Shown here: positions 48,355-57,564 of the stretch, one piece after another
How the letters are laid out: each line of letters opens with the position of its first letter
How positions within the stretch are numbered: the first letter of the stretch is position 1
From: Lachnospiraceae bacterium
GTDB taxonomy: Bacteria > Bacillota > Clostridia > Lachnospirales > Lachnospiraceae
Direction of reading: 5' to 3'
Length of the DNA: 64,000 nt
NCBI GenBank assembly: GCA_045590555.1
Contig: JAZNRC010000023.1
Location: 2,915-66,914 of the forward strand
Program-made: the position numbers and the translations under genes
The notes under the pieces: model-generated
Told to the model about the DNA's origin: nothing
Databases searched by the model: none
What the model saw: only the letters and a program-made list of their open reading frames with translations

Positions 48355-49713
48355 TTACACTTCTGAATCTTCGCTATAGGCTGCTTCACCGCTCCCATCT
48401 CTTAATTCAAACTTACCAATCATTTCTTCCAATCCAATCGCCTGTGCGGAAAGCTCCTGACTGATTGCAGAGGTTTCTTCTGCAGATGCAGAATTGCTCT
48501 GAACTACTGTAGAAATCTGATCGATTCTTGCCTGAATCTGCTTTAACATATTAGCCTGTTCTTGAGAAGCCTCAGCTGCACCTGCTGCCATACCTGCAAA
48601 AGATTCCATGTTGGTAAGGGCTGTTCCGATAGATTCCATGGTATATTCGACCATAATACTTCCGTTTTCTATTTCGGTAAGAGACTTACTGATCAATTCT
48701 CGGGTAGTAACCGCTGACTGACGGCTGTCTGCCGCCAACTTACCAATCTGATCTGCTACTACAGCAAAACCTTTGCCCATTTCACCGGCTCTTGCAGCTT
48801 CAATGGATGCATTTAATGATAAAAGATTGGTCTGCGCCGCAATTTTTTCGATTGCGGTAATAATATCTTCGATTTCCTTGGAAGTATTGGTAATGCGTTC
48901 CATTGCTTCCGTAAGTTTACTAATTTTTTCACGGCTGCTTGCTGCGTCATCCGCTGCATCTTTCGCACTGTTTGCTGCTGTCATTGCATTTCTTGCACTG
49001 TCTTCGGAAATATTGGTTACATCTGCGATGGTTGCAGTAAGTTCATCTACTGCACATGCCTGTTCGCTTGCACCTTCTGCCAATTCCTGTGCACTGCCTG
49101 CCAACTGCTCGGAACCAATCATTACATGCCCTGCAGATTCCTTAATCTGACGCAAGGTAGCATCTAACTGACTGTTTAACTGATTCATGGCTATAATCAA
49201 AGTTTCAAAATCGCCTACATACAATTCAGATGCAACGGAAGTAACATTAAAATTACCTTCTGCCATCTCAGAAAGTAAACTTCCGGAATCGTTTATCACA
49301 GCTTTTAATTGACCGCATGTATCTTTTAAATCCTGTGCAAGTTCTCCCAATTCATCGCCACTTTCATATGTAATCTCGATGTCAAAATCGCCTGCTTTTA
49401 ACTTGTTTACAGCTTCTTTTAATTCAAAAATCGGTACTGTAATGGAATCTGCCAAACTACTTGAAACGGTTTTACACAAAATAATGGTCAGCATTTCCAC
49501 AATCAGTAACACAATAATCACAACAATACCCAGTGTAATAGGCAGTCCGTTCTTTGCCATATTAATACATAAAAGAATAATTCCTGCCATCGCAATCATT
49601 GCAGTGATGGAAACTCCGGCGATTATAGGGCCAAACCCCAAACTGAATTTCTTCTGCATCTTAGCATTTAAAAGTCTTTTGTTTAATTTTACTTTCTTCT
49701 GTTTCTTTGCCAT
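48355..49713 (-). CDS. Methyl-accepting chemotaxis protein (HAMP + signalling domain)
   Basis: [37 protein letters not shown] hairpin-tip motif. Confidence 0.93.
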   Translation of the reverse strand: MAKKQKKVKLNKRLLNAKMQKKFSLGFGPIIAGVSITAMIAMAGIILLCINMAKNGLPITLGIVVIIVLLIVEMLTIILCKTVSSSLADSITVPIFELKEAVNKLKAGDFDIEITYESGDELGELAQDLKDTCGQLKAVINDSGSLLSEMAEGNFNVTSVASELYVGDFETLIIAMNQLNSQLDATLRQIKESAGHVMIGSEQLAGSAQELAEGASEQACAVDELTATIADVTNISEDSARNAMTAANSAKDAADDAASSREKISKLTEAMERITNTSKEIEDIITAIEKIAAQTNLLSLNASIEAARAGEMGKGFAVVADQIGKLAADSRQSAVTTRELISKSLTEIENGSIMVEYTMESIGTALTNMESFAGMAAGAAEASQEQANMLKQIQARIDQISTVVQSNSASAEETSAISQELSAQAIGLEEMIGKFELRDGSGEAAYSEDSEV

Positions 49714-49825
49714 TGTAATGTCCTCCCAATTTATTTTTCGTAATTTTATTTGCTTTTTTCCCCTATTTAAACAAACTTGTCTTCTTTTATTATATCATTT
49801 ATACGCCGAATGAAAAGAAAAAAAT

Positions 49826-49862
49826 AAGCTTTTATGAAATTTTTTCTATCATAAAAGCTTAG
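49826..49862 (-). terminator. Terminator after ilvN
   Basis: TAAGCTTTTATGA...TCATAAAAGCTTA perfect IR. Confidence 0.65.
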
Positions 49863-49871
49863 AATTTTATC

Positions 49872-50378
49872 TTATAAATTCGCTTCCTGACGGATGGTGG
49901 CATCTCCGCGTTGCAGGGCCACAATACCTGTTCGGCAAATTTCCACAATACCAAAATCTCGCATAACATTAATAAAATCATCAATGTGTCGTCTTTCCCC
50001 TGTCACCTGTAAAACCAGAAAATCTCTGCTGTAATCCACAGTTTTGGCTTCAAAAGCCTCTGCTGCCGCCCGAATTTCTTCACGATTTTCCGGAGAATTC
50101 GTCACTTTAATTAAAAGCAACTCCCGGCTTACGGAATCTTCATTGTGAAGTTCCTTAATCGAAATCACATCCGGCAACTTATAAAATTGATTGATTAACT
50201 GTTTCTTTATGCTCTCTTCGCCCTCGAATAATATTGTAATTCGTGAGTAATCCGGCGATTCTGTCTCGCTAACGGTAAGGCAAGAGATATTAAACTGGCG
50301 GCGACGGAACATTGAGGTAACACGGTTCAATACTCCGGACTGGTTATTAACCAGAATTGCAATTGTATATTTCTCCAT
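49872..50378 (-). CDS. ilvN: Acetolactate synthase small subunit
   Basis: ILVNNQSGVLNRVTSMFRRRQFNI ACT domain; RELLLIKV; EICRTG. Confidence 0.93.
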   Translation of the reverse strand: MEKYTIAILVNNQSGVLNRVTSMFRRRQFNISCLTVSETESPDYSRITILFEGEESIKKQLINQFYKLPDVISIKELHNEDSVSRELLLIKVTNSPENREEIRAAAEAFEAKTVDYSRDFLVLQVTGERRHIDDFINVMRDFGIVEICRTGIVALQRGDATIRQEANL

Positions 50379-50379
50379 C

Positions 50380-52047
50380 CTAGTCACCTACCTTTACAAT
50401 CAAGTCTTCCATAGAACCTCCTGGGGGAAGTGTAGGAAGTACAAACTCATCTTTATCAATTCTGCAATCGATGAGAAAAGGTCCGTCGCAGGCAAACCCC
50501 TTATCTAAAGCATCCTTTAACTCATCCAAAGTAGTAGCAACCGCACCGTCCGCACCAAAGGCCTGTACTAATTTCACGTAGTCGGTCTGACGCTCCAACA
50601 CGGTGTTGGAATAATGCCTGTCAAAAAACAGCGTCTGCATCTGACGCACCATACCTAATACACCATTGTTCATAAGAAGGATTACCATAGGCACGCCATA
50701 GGTTACCGCCGTTGCCATTTCATTTAAATTCATACCAAAGCTTCCGTCTCCGGTTACCAGTACGGAGCGTTCCCCGGTTGCCATAGCCGCACCGATGGCT
50801 GCACCCATACCAAAGCCCATGGTTCCCAAGCCACCGCTTGAAATAAATTTACGACTATGCTTAAATTCCAAAGTTTGTGCCGCCCAAACCTGGTGCTGAC
50901 CTACATCTGTCGCTACGGGCGTCGTATCTTTCAAATATTTATTTAAAAGTGACAAACAATTATAAGGAGTCATTCCCTCCCGATTATCTGCAACTTTCTT
51001 CTCTTCTTCTTTATAGGAGGCTACCTGTGCCATCCACTCAGGACGCTCTGCCTTGTTAATCATAGGTAAAAGCTTCTCAAGGGTCATTTTAATATCGCCG
51101 CGAAGCATATGGGTATCGTTGGTATTTTTACCAAGTTCCGCACCCTCGATATCTATATGTACGATTTTGGAAGTTTCCGCGAATTTGCCGCGGTCGCCGG
51201 TAACACGGTCGTTAAAACGAACACCCAAAGCAATGATACAATCCGCATTATTCATTGCTACCGTAGACGCGTAATGTCCATGCATCCCGTGCATTCCAAG
51301 GAATCTGGGGTGATCGGTAGGTACAGCCGAAATACCCATCATGGAGCATCCCATAGGCGCATCAATCAAATCCGCCAACTTGCACATTTCTTCCTGCGCA
51401 CCGGAAGTAATCATACCGCCACCAAAATAAATATAGGGTCTTTTTGCCCTGTTAATACATTCCACTGCCGGTTCGATACGAATATCCTTCGCACAAATTC
51501 TGCCCCCGGGCACTACCTTCTCTGCGGGCTCATACTCGCACATTGCCATCTGAATATCCTTGGGCACGTCAATTAAAACGGGACCGGGACGGCCGGAAGC
51601 CGCAATCACGAAAGCTTCGCGAATGGTATCTGCCAACCCTTCCACATCACCCACAAAATAGTTATGCTTTGTAATGGGCAGCGTAATACCGGTAATATCA
51701 ATCTCCTGAAAACTGTCTGTACCGATTTGGGAACTCATAACGTTACCTGTCACCACAACCATAGGTACGGAATCAATGTATGCAGTAGCAATACCGGTCA
51801 CAAGATTGGTTGCCCCGGGGCCTGAGGTAGCAATTACCACACCGGTTTCACCCGTCGCTCTTGCATAACCATCCGCCGCATGGGCTGCGCCCTGCTCGTG
51901 GGCTACCAACACATGCTTGATTTCGTCCTGATATTTATATAAAGAATCATATACATGAATAATCTGACCACCGGGATAGCCGAATACGGTTTTACATCCC
52001 TGCTCTACTAAGGTTTTAACAACGATATCTGCTCCTGATAATAACAC
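50380..52047 (-). CDS. ilvB: Acetolactate synthase large subunit
   Basis: FGYPGG, HEQGAAHAADGY, TSGPGATN, SSGGLGTMGFG, GDGSFGMN; GTG start after AGGAG. Confidence 0.96.
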   Translation of the reverse strand: MLLSGADIVVKTLVEQGCKTVFGYPGGQIIHVYDSLYKYQDEIKHVLVAHEQGAAHAADGYARATGETGVVIATSGPGATNLVTGIATAYIDSVPMVVVTGNVMSSQIGTDSFQEIDITGITLPITKHNYFVGDVEGLADTIREAFVIAASGRPGPVLIDVPKDIQMAMCEYEPAEKVVPGGRICAKDIRIEPAVECINRAKRPYIYFGGGMITSGAQEEMCKLADLIDAPMGCSMMGISAVPTDHPRFLGMHGMHGHYASTVAMNNADCIIALGVRFNDRVTGDRGKFAETSKIVHIDIEGAELGKNTNDTHMLRGDIKMTLEKLLPMINKAERPEWMAQVASYKEEEKKVADNREGMTPYNCLSLLNKYLKDTTPVATDVGQHQVWAAQTLEFKHSRKFISSGGLGTMGFGMGAAIGAAMATGERSVLVTGDGSFGMNLNEMATAVTYGVPMVILLMNNGVLGMVRQMQTLFFDRHYSNTVLERQTDYVKLVQAFGADGAVATTLDELKDALDKGFACDGPFLIDCRIDKDEFVLPTLPPGGSMEDLIVKVGD

Positions 52048-52346
52048 TTGGAACTCCTTCCTTCATTAACCGGGGTTTATCTTAATTCGAAAAGCAAATC
52101 TACGCCCATTGTACTACATTTCCGTAAAAGTAGCAAATTGAAGAAACAAATTTCATAGTTTTTCCTGTCCGCACAGATTAGTTTATTAAATTTTAATGAT
52201 TTGACCCCCTTTTTCGGGGGCTTGCAACTTTTACACCTACTTATTTTTGTGATATTATTACAATATACGGGCTTTTATGAATATAATTTTTGCATTAACA
52301 TAACTAAATGCTCATATATACAGATAAAAGAATTTTCGAGGCACCA

Positions 52347-53546
52347 ATGAAGAAGAAAAAAGAAACCTGGGTGAAAGCCCGCCACAATTTTTTTGTAAAA
52401 TTATTTTTTCCCCCTGTGGGGCTCTATACAAAGCTAAAATATCACATAGACGTTGAGAAATGTCGGGATAAACGTCAATACCTGATTCTTATGAATCATC
52501 AGACAGCCTTTGACCAGTTTTTTGTGTCTATGGCATTTTACCGGCAGATTTACTTTGTGGCGTCGGAAGATTTATTTTCCAAAGGCTTTGTGTCTTCCGT
52601 TATTCGATTCGTAGTCAATCCGATTCCCATCAAAAAACAGTCCACAGACTTAAAAGCCGTTATGAACTGCATGAAAGTTGCCAAAGAAGGCGGCACCATT
52701 TGTATGGCACCGGAAGGCAACCGTACTTTCAGCGGTAAAACCGAATATATGAATCCTGCGGTAGCCCGCCTTGCCCAGAAGTTAAAGCTTCCCATCGCGA
52801 TTTTCCGCATCGAAGGCGGTTACGGTGTGCATCCCCGTTGGGCCGATGACGTACGCAAAGGTAAAATGCGTGCCTTCGTCTCCCGTGTTATCGAACCGGA
52901 AGAATATGTGAAAATGCCTGCGGAAGATTTCTGCACCCTTATTAATCAGGAATTGTACGTAAACGAAGCAGTGGCGGATGCCTGCTTTTATCATAAAAAC
53001 AGTGCAGAGTATCTGGAACGTGCCATGTACGTCTGCCCCGACTGCGGTTTGTCGGAATTTTACAGTGAGAAAGACATTACCCAGTGTAAAAAGTGCGGAC
53101 TGAAGATTCAATACCTGCCCACCAAGGAATTAAAAGGCGTAGACAAGGAATTTCTTTTCCGCTTCGTAAACGATTGGTACGAGTATCAGAAAGCTTTTGT
53201 GAATAAGCTAAATCCTGCAGATTATTGCGATAAGCCTATGTATACCGAGAAAATTTCCCTGTCGGAAGTCATTTTATACAAGAAGAAAGTGCCTATGTTT
53301 GACGGCGAACTCAGTCTTTACGGCGACCGCTTTGAAATAAAAGGTATAGAAGAATTAGTTCTTCCTTTTGATAAAATTTCTGCGGTTTCGGTGCTTGGCC
53401 GAAATATAATCAACATCTACTACGGTGATAAGCTGTATCAGATAAAAAGTGATAAGCGTTTCAACGCATTAAAATACGTAAATATTTATTATCGTTACAG
53501 AAATACACTTGGAGGAGAAAACGATGAACAATTTTTGGGACTCTAA
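52347..53546 (+). CDS. Lysophospholipid acyltransferase family protein (PlsC-like, C-terminal Zn-ribbon-like region)
   Basis: NHQTAFD (NHxxxxD), APEGNRT; CPDC...CKKC. Confidence 0.85.
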   Translation: MKKKKETWVKARHNFFVKLFFPPVGLYTKLKYHIDVEKCRDKRQYLILMNHQTAFDQFFVSMAFYRQIYFVASEDLFSKGFVSSVIRFVVNPIPIKKQSTDLKAVMNCMKVAKEGGTICMAPEGNRTFSGKTEYMNPAVARLAQKLKLPIAIFRIEGGYGVHPRWADDVRKGKMRAFVSRVIEPEEYVKMPAEDFCTLINQELYVNEAVADACFYHKNSAEYLERAMYVCPDCGLSEFYSEKDITQCKKCGLKIQYLPTKELKGVDKEFLFRFVNDWYEYQKAFVNKLNPADYCDKPMYTEKISLSEVILYKKKVPMFDGELSLYGDRFEIKGIEELVLPFDKISAVSVLGRNIINIYYGDKLYQIKSDKRFNALKYVNIYYRYRNTLGGENDEQFLGL

Positions 53547-54912
53547 TGTCTGGGGAACATTTAACTTATTTGCGATGCTTTTAATCAGCTTGCTGATTGC
53601 GAATATTCTAAAAAGAAGAATTAAATTCCTGCGCTATTCTCTGATTCCCACATCGGTTTTAGGTGGTATTCTTCTTCTGATTGTTGCAGAAATTGTAGGC
53701 GCTTTTACGAAAGTACCTTTCTTTGATACTAATTTCTTTGGCGGCAACGGCTATGCAATGCTTGAAATGATTACTTACCATACCCTGGCACTGGGTTTTA
53801 TTGCTTCTACTTTTAAGGCGGCTAAGGGCAAGCTTGGTAAGCAGCGTACCATCGAAATTTTTAACACAGGTGTAACCACCGTATCCACATACCTGCTTCA
53901 GGCGATTGTGGGCTTTGCCATTACTATGATTGCAACCTTTGTAATTAAGGATTTCTTTGCGGCAGCAGGCGTTTTGCTTCCCTTTGGTTTCGGTCAGGGC
54001 ACCGGCCAGGCTATGAACTACGGTAACATTTACGAAACCGAATACGGCTTCGCCGGCGGCAAAAACTTCGGTCTTACCGTTGCGGCTTTAGGTTTCTTAA
54101 GTGCCAGCATCGGCGGTGTGATTCACTTAAATATTTTAAAAAAGCGCGGTAAAATCGTATTGGGTGGCGAAGAAAAAGTAGAAACCAACTTAGGACCGAT
54201 TCAGGGTGAAAATGAAATTCCCATGAACGGAAGTATGGACAAAACCACGGTACAGATTGCTTTTGTTGCGGTTGCTTACCTGATTGCATTCGGTATTATG
54301 CAGGGCTTGGGCGCTCTTTTACCCGGTATGAAATCCGTAATCTTCGGTTTTAACTTCTTGCTGGGTACGCTTTCCGCAACCCTTGTAAAAACCGTGATGA
54401 ACTTCTTAAACAAGAAACAAATTGTAAAACGCGAATACTTAAATGACTTCTTAATGACCCGCGTCAGCAACTTCTTCTTTGATATTATGGTTGTGGCCGG
54501 CGTTGCGGCAATCCGCTTAAGTATTCTTGAAAATTACTGGGGCATTATTTTAATTCTCGGTGTTGTAGGACTTTTGATTACCTACTTCTACAACCGCCTT
54601 GTTGCCGTAAAACTCTTCAAGGAGTATCAGGAAGAACAGTTCCTTACCATGTATGGTATGCTCACCGGTACTGCCAGCACGGGTATCATTCTTCTTCGTG
54701 AAATCGATAATGATTTCCAGACACCTGCTGCCGACAACATGGTTTATCAGAACTTCCCGGCAATTGTATTTGGATTTCCTATGATGCTTCTGGCAACCCT
54801 TGCACCTCAGAAGCCGGCGCTGACTATGGTGATTTTGGTTATTTTCTTTATTGTGATGAATGTGATTTTATTTAGATCATTTATTTTTAGAAGGAAGAAG
54901 AAAGCGGAATAG
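53524..54912 (+). CDS. Sodium/glutamate symporter (GltS/ESS family)-like transporter
   Basis: IPTSVLGG, FGFGQGTGQA, YGMLTGTASTG motifs; start overlaps the acyltransferase 3' end. Confidence 0.8.
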   Translation: MNNFWDSNVWGTFNLFAMLLISLLIANILKRRIKFLRYSLIPTSVLGGILLLIVAEIVGAFTKVPFFDTNFFGGNGYAMLEMITYHTLALGFIASTFKAAKGKLGKQRTIEIFNTGVTTVSTYLLQAIVGFAITMIATFVIKDFFAAAGVLLPFGFGQGTGQAMNYGNIYETEYGFAGGKNFGLTVAALGFLSASIGGVIHLNILKKRGKIVLGGEEKVETNLGPIQGENEIPMNGSMDKTTVQIAFVAVAYLIAFGIMQGLGALLPGMKSVIFGFNFLLGTLSATLVKTVMNFLNKKQIVKREYLNDFLMTRVSNFFFDIMVVAGVAAIRLSILENYWGIILILGVVGLLITYFYNRLVAVKLFKEYQEEQFLTMYGMLTGTASTGIILLREIDNDFQTPAADNMVYQNFPAIVFGFPMMLLATLAPQKPALTMVILVIFFIVMNVILFRSFIFRRKKKAE

Positions 54913-54964
54913 ATTTAAATTATACAAAAATATGACTTATTTAATATCCGAATAAAAGAACTCA

Positions 54965-54996
54965 AAAAGGATTGTGGAATTATCCACAATCCTTTT
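54965..54996. terminator. Bidirectional terminator between symporter and tRNA
   Basis: AAAAGGATTGTGGA-ATTA-TCCACAATCCTTTT 14-bp perfect stem. Confidence 0.75.
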
Positions 54997-55000
54997 ATAA

Positions 55001-55072
55001 TGCTCCCAGCAGGAATCGAACCTGCAACTAGCCCTTAGGAGGGGCTTGTTATATCCATTTAACTATGGAAGC
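55001..55072 (-). tRNA. tRNA-Arg (anticodon CCT), CCA not encoded
   Basis: GCTTCCA/TGGGAGC acceptor stem, AGCCC-CTCCTAA-GGGCT anticodon arm, GGTTCGATTCC T-arm. Confidence 0.95.
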
Positions 55073-55231
55073 CTATATGAATATTTTGCGAGACGAGCTC
55101 CTATAATTTAAATGAAATGTCTCACTAAAATAAATTTGCAAGCGGGAAAGCGCTCACTTACCCGCCTGCATTATTATATCATTTTATCTTATGAATGAAA
55201 ACATATTTTATGCTTTTATAAAATATATTTC

Positions 55232-56308
55232 TTATTGCTTCGGCTGCCAGGGCCAATCGTTGTTAGCGGTTTCCTGTGTGCCATAACTGCTATTCTGACC
55301 GTAGGTATTCGTTCCGCCATAAGTATTCGTTCCACCGTAGCTACTGCTCTGACCGTAGGTGTCCGTTGCACCATAAGTATTGGTTCCACCGTAGCTGCTG
55401 CTCTGACCGTAGGTGTCCGTTGCACCATAAGTATTCGTTCCACCGTAACTGCTACTCTGGCCGTAGGTATTCGTTCCACCATACGAAGTGTCCCCGTATG
55501 TACTACCATCATAAGTCGGATTATACTGATTTGATGCGCCATAATCGGTTCCGCCAAAATTATTTCCACCATAATTTACGCCACCGTATATATCCGTACT
55601 TCCGGTTTGACTTATACCCATGTATGTATTGCTCGCAAATTGTTCTTTCTCTTTTTTACCCTGTAAAAACAGAAATCCTAAAATTCCCAACGTAATCACA
55701 TCTAAGAAAATACCGATTCCTAAAGTGATTCCGGAAGCCTTCGTATTTCCTCTGGTAATCATATAAGGACATATTAACTGATTGATTTCACTGTTTGTAT
55801 AGCCACAACTAAGCAGATATTCTTCCATCAGGCGCTTTTCTTCAGAATCCATCTTTTCCAAGGTACCATCAATATACAGAGTTGTCATGCCATAATCTAT
55901 AGTACCTGTAGTATCATAATACCAGGCATCACTTTCTGCCAAAACCTGTTCAATTACCATATAATCATTGGGATGCGTAAGACGCAAACCAACATAATAG
56001 TCAATATCATAATATCCCTGCTCGTCTACAAACAAATGAGGGATTGCATAACCGCGGGCAGATTCTCTGGAGTCTGTAACAATTCCATAAGTACTCTGTT
56101 CACGGGTCTCATAATAAAACTGTCCCCACACCATATCAATGGTAACCTGAACATGATCACCTGCCTCTAAGGTTCCCCAGTCCACAGTATCCATATTAAT
56201 AGGGGCTTGCGACATTTTAAGAATATCCTTTCCCCCTAAAAAGGTTAGCACAATACCCAGTACACCAATAAAAAATAATACTCTTGTTCCAAGTTTCATC
56301 TTTTGCAT
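55232..56308 (-). CDS. Two-TM membrane protein with C-terminal YG-hexapeptide low-complexity tail
   Basis: N-terminal signal anchor, extracytoplasmic domain, second TM, then (YGGTNT/YGQSSS/YGATDT)n. Confidence 0.8.
   Translation of the reverse strand: MQKMKLGTRVLFFIGVLGIVLTFLGGKDILKMSQAPINMDTVDWGTLEAGDHVQVTIDMVWGQFYYETREQSTYGIVTDSRESARGYAIPHLFVDEQGYYDIDYYVGLRLTHPNDYMVIEQVLAESDAWYYDTTGTIDYGMTTLYIDGTLEKMDSEEKRLMEEYLLSCGYTNSEINQLICPYMITRGNTKASGITLGIGIFLDVITLGILGFLFLQGKKEKEQFASNTYMGISQTGSTDIYGGVNYGGNNFGGTDYGASNQYNPTYDGSTYGDTSYGGTNTYGQSSSYGGTNTYGATDTYGQSSSYGGTNTYGATDTYGQSSSYGGTNTYGGTNTYGQNSSYGTQETANNDWPWQPKQ
55279..55590 (-). repeat. 18-nt/54-nt intragenic tandem repeats
   Basis: 54-nt period at 55351, 55405, 55459, built from 18-nt YGxxxx modules. 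Confidence 0.9.
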
Positions 56309-56386
56309 TCACTCCTTAAAATTTCCTTTTACACAAATGATTATATATTACACAAACTTTTATATCAACTGCATTTGTTTTTTTAC

Positions 56387-57280
56387 CTACACATCCGGAT
56401 AATTCACATATCCCTGCATCCAAATCACACCTTTAAAACGTCTGCCCACCGCCGGCTCTCCGTATAAATCCTCCTTGTTGATACATACATCAAAGAGCAA
56501 ATCATTAGCAGATACCGTCATAATGTAACATTCTTCTCCGGTAAAAGAATTCCGAATTTGGCGGCAATCTTTTATTTCACCCAGCACGGAATACTGGTCA
56601 CACTCCACACCATAGGGCATAAAAAATGTATCCACCAGAGAGTAAATATCCTCGGTATAAATTCGCTTAGAAATATTCGAGTACATGTCCATATCATCAA
56701 GCGTCAGTGTTTCAATAGCTTCCTCATCACCCTGTCTTGCCTTGGTAAGCAAGGCATTTCTCTTGGTGATGACCTTTCGCACCTTCGCCTCATCTTCTTG
56801 ATGTTTCTCGATAGGCATCATAATTCTGCCCTGACAGGAAAGTGCACTCAACGAAAGCGTATATGGCGTACCATAAAAACGACCGCTGTTCTTTAATTTT
56901 AAACTTGTAATCATATTTTGAAGAAAAAAGATTAAAATCACTCCGACTTTTACGTCATCGCATACGCCAGCATAAGATTCCTTCTCTGCGTGTCGCTCAA
57001 TCGTGATTTCTTCCACGGAACTGATTACCTTAGACCTTAAATACGGAAAATAGTATCTGGCGCCGGAGTTCTCCAAATCCTCAAAGTCTTCGAACTCACC
57101 CCGGACACAAATTCCGATATCGTCGGCAAAATCCTTACAATATTCGCCCAACATACTTTTATCGTCCGTAGAAATATAATTTTTTTCATCTGCCTCGGAA
57201 ATGACTCCTTTCAGAAGCTCTTCCATCTCTTTATAGGTTTTATATTTGCTAAAACCGATAGCGCGCAAGTATTTGTGCAA
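56387..57280 (-). CDS. DUF3881 family protein
   Basis: MHKYLRAIGFS start, YGVECDQYSVLGEI, GEPAVGRRFKG..WMQG; TTG after AGAGGTG. Confidence 0.82.
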   Translation of the reverse strand: MHKYLRAIGFSKYKTYKEMEELLKGVISEADEKNYISTDDKSMLGEYCKDFADDIGICVRGEFEDFEDLENSGARYYFPYLRSKVISSVEEITIERHAEKESYAGVCDDVKVGVILIFFLQNMITSLKLKNSGRFYGTPYTLSLSALSCQGRIMMPIEKHQEDEAKVRKVITKRNALLTKARQGDEEAIETLTLDDMDMYSNISKRIYTEDIYSLVDTFFMPYGVECDQYSVLGEIKDCRQIRNSFTGEECYIMTVSANDLLFDVCINKEDLYGEPAVGRRFKGVIWMQGYVNYPDV

Positions 57281-57399
57281 GAATTTCACCTCTTTTCTGA
57301 TACATTTATAACTTATCTTTTTTATCAAAAAGAAGATATCACATCTTAAATAACTCTCTATTAAAAATTTTATCTATAAAAAACATAATTTCTTACAAA

Positions 57400-57552
57400 G
57401 ACAGGAGTAGGTTTTATATATTTCCTTAAGAACCTTATGAACTGCGTCGGCGCTTAACGAATGCAGACATAGTCTGTATGAGTTTAGCATCCGCTACGTT
57501 GTTCATAGAGCGAGAGCGTGTTCGCAAGGAATTATATAAAACCTACTCCGTC
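57400..57552 (-). repeat. Long-hairpin dispersed element, copy E3 (diverged)
   Basis: Outer IR GGAGTAGGTTTTATATA/TATATAAAACCTACTCC; AGCGAGAGCGT at 57509-57519, CCGCTACGT at 57491-57499, CGTCGGC at 57445-57451. Confidence 0.82.
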
Positions 57553-57564
57553 CCATTATAAAAA

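Noticed and set aside
54980-54988. Perfect DnaA box TTATCCACA inside the tRNA/gltS terminator hairpin
   Set aside because: Single box explained by the hairpin sequence; no cluster or AT-rich unwinding element.
55001-55072. tRNA-Arg(CCT) as an integration site
   Set aside because: No integrase, no duplicated tRNA 3' end and no foreign genes adjacent.
55136-55170. Hairpin with loop GCGCTCACT faintly similar to the ACGCTCTCGCT family
   Set aside because: Too short and lacks the other conserved blocks; better read as the terminator of the 55232-56308 gene.
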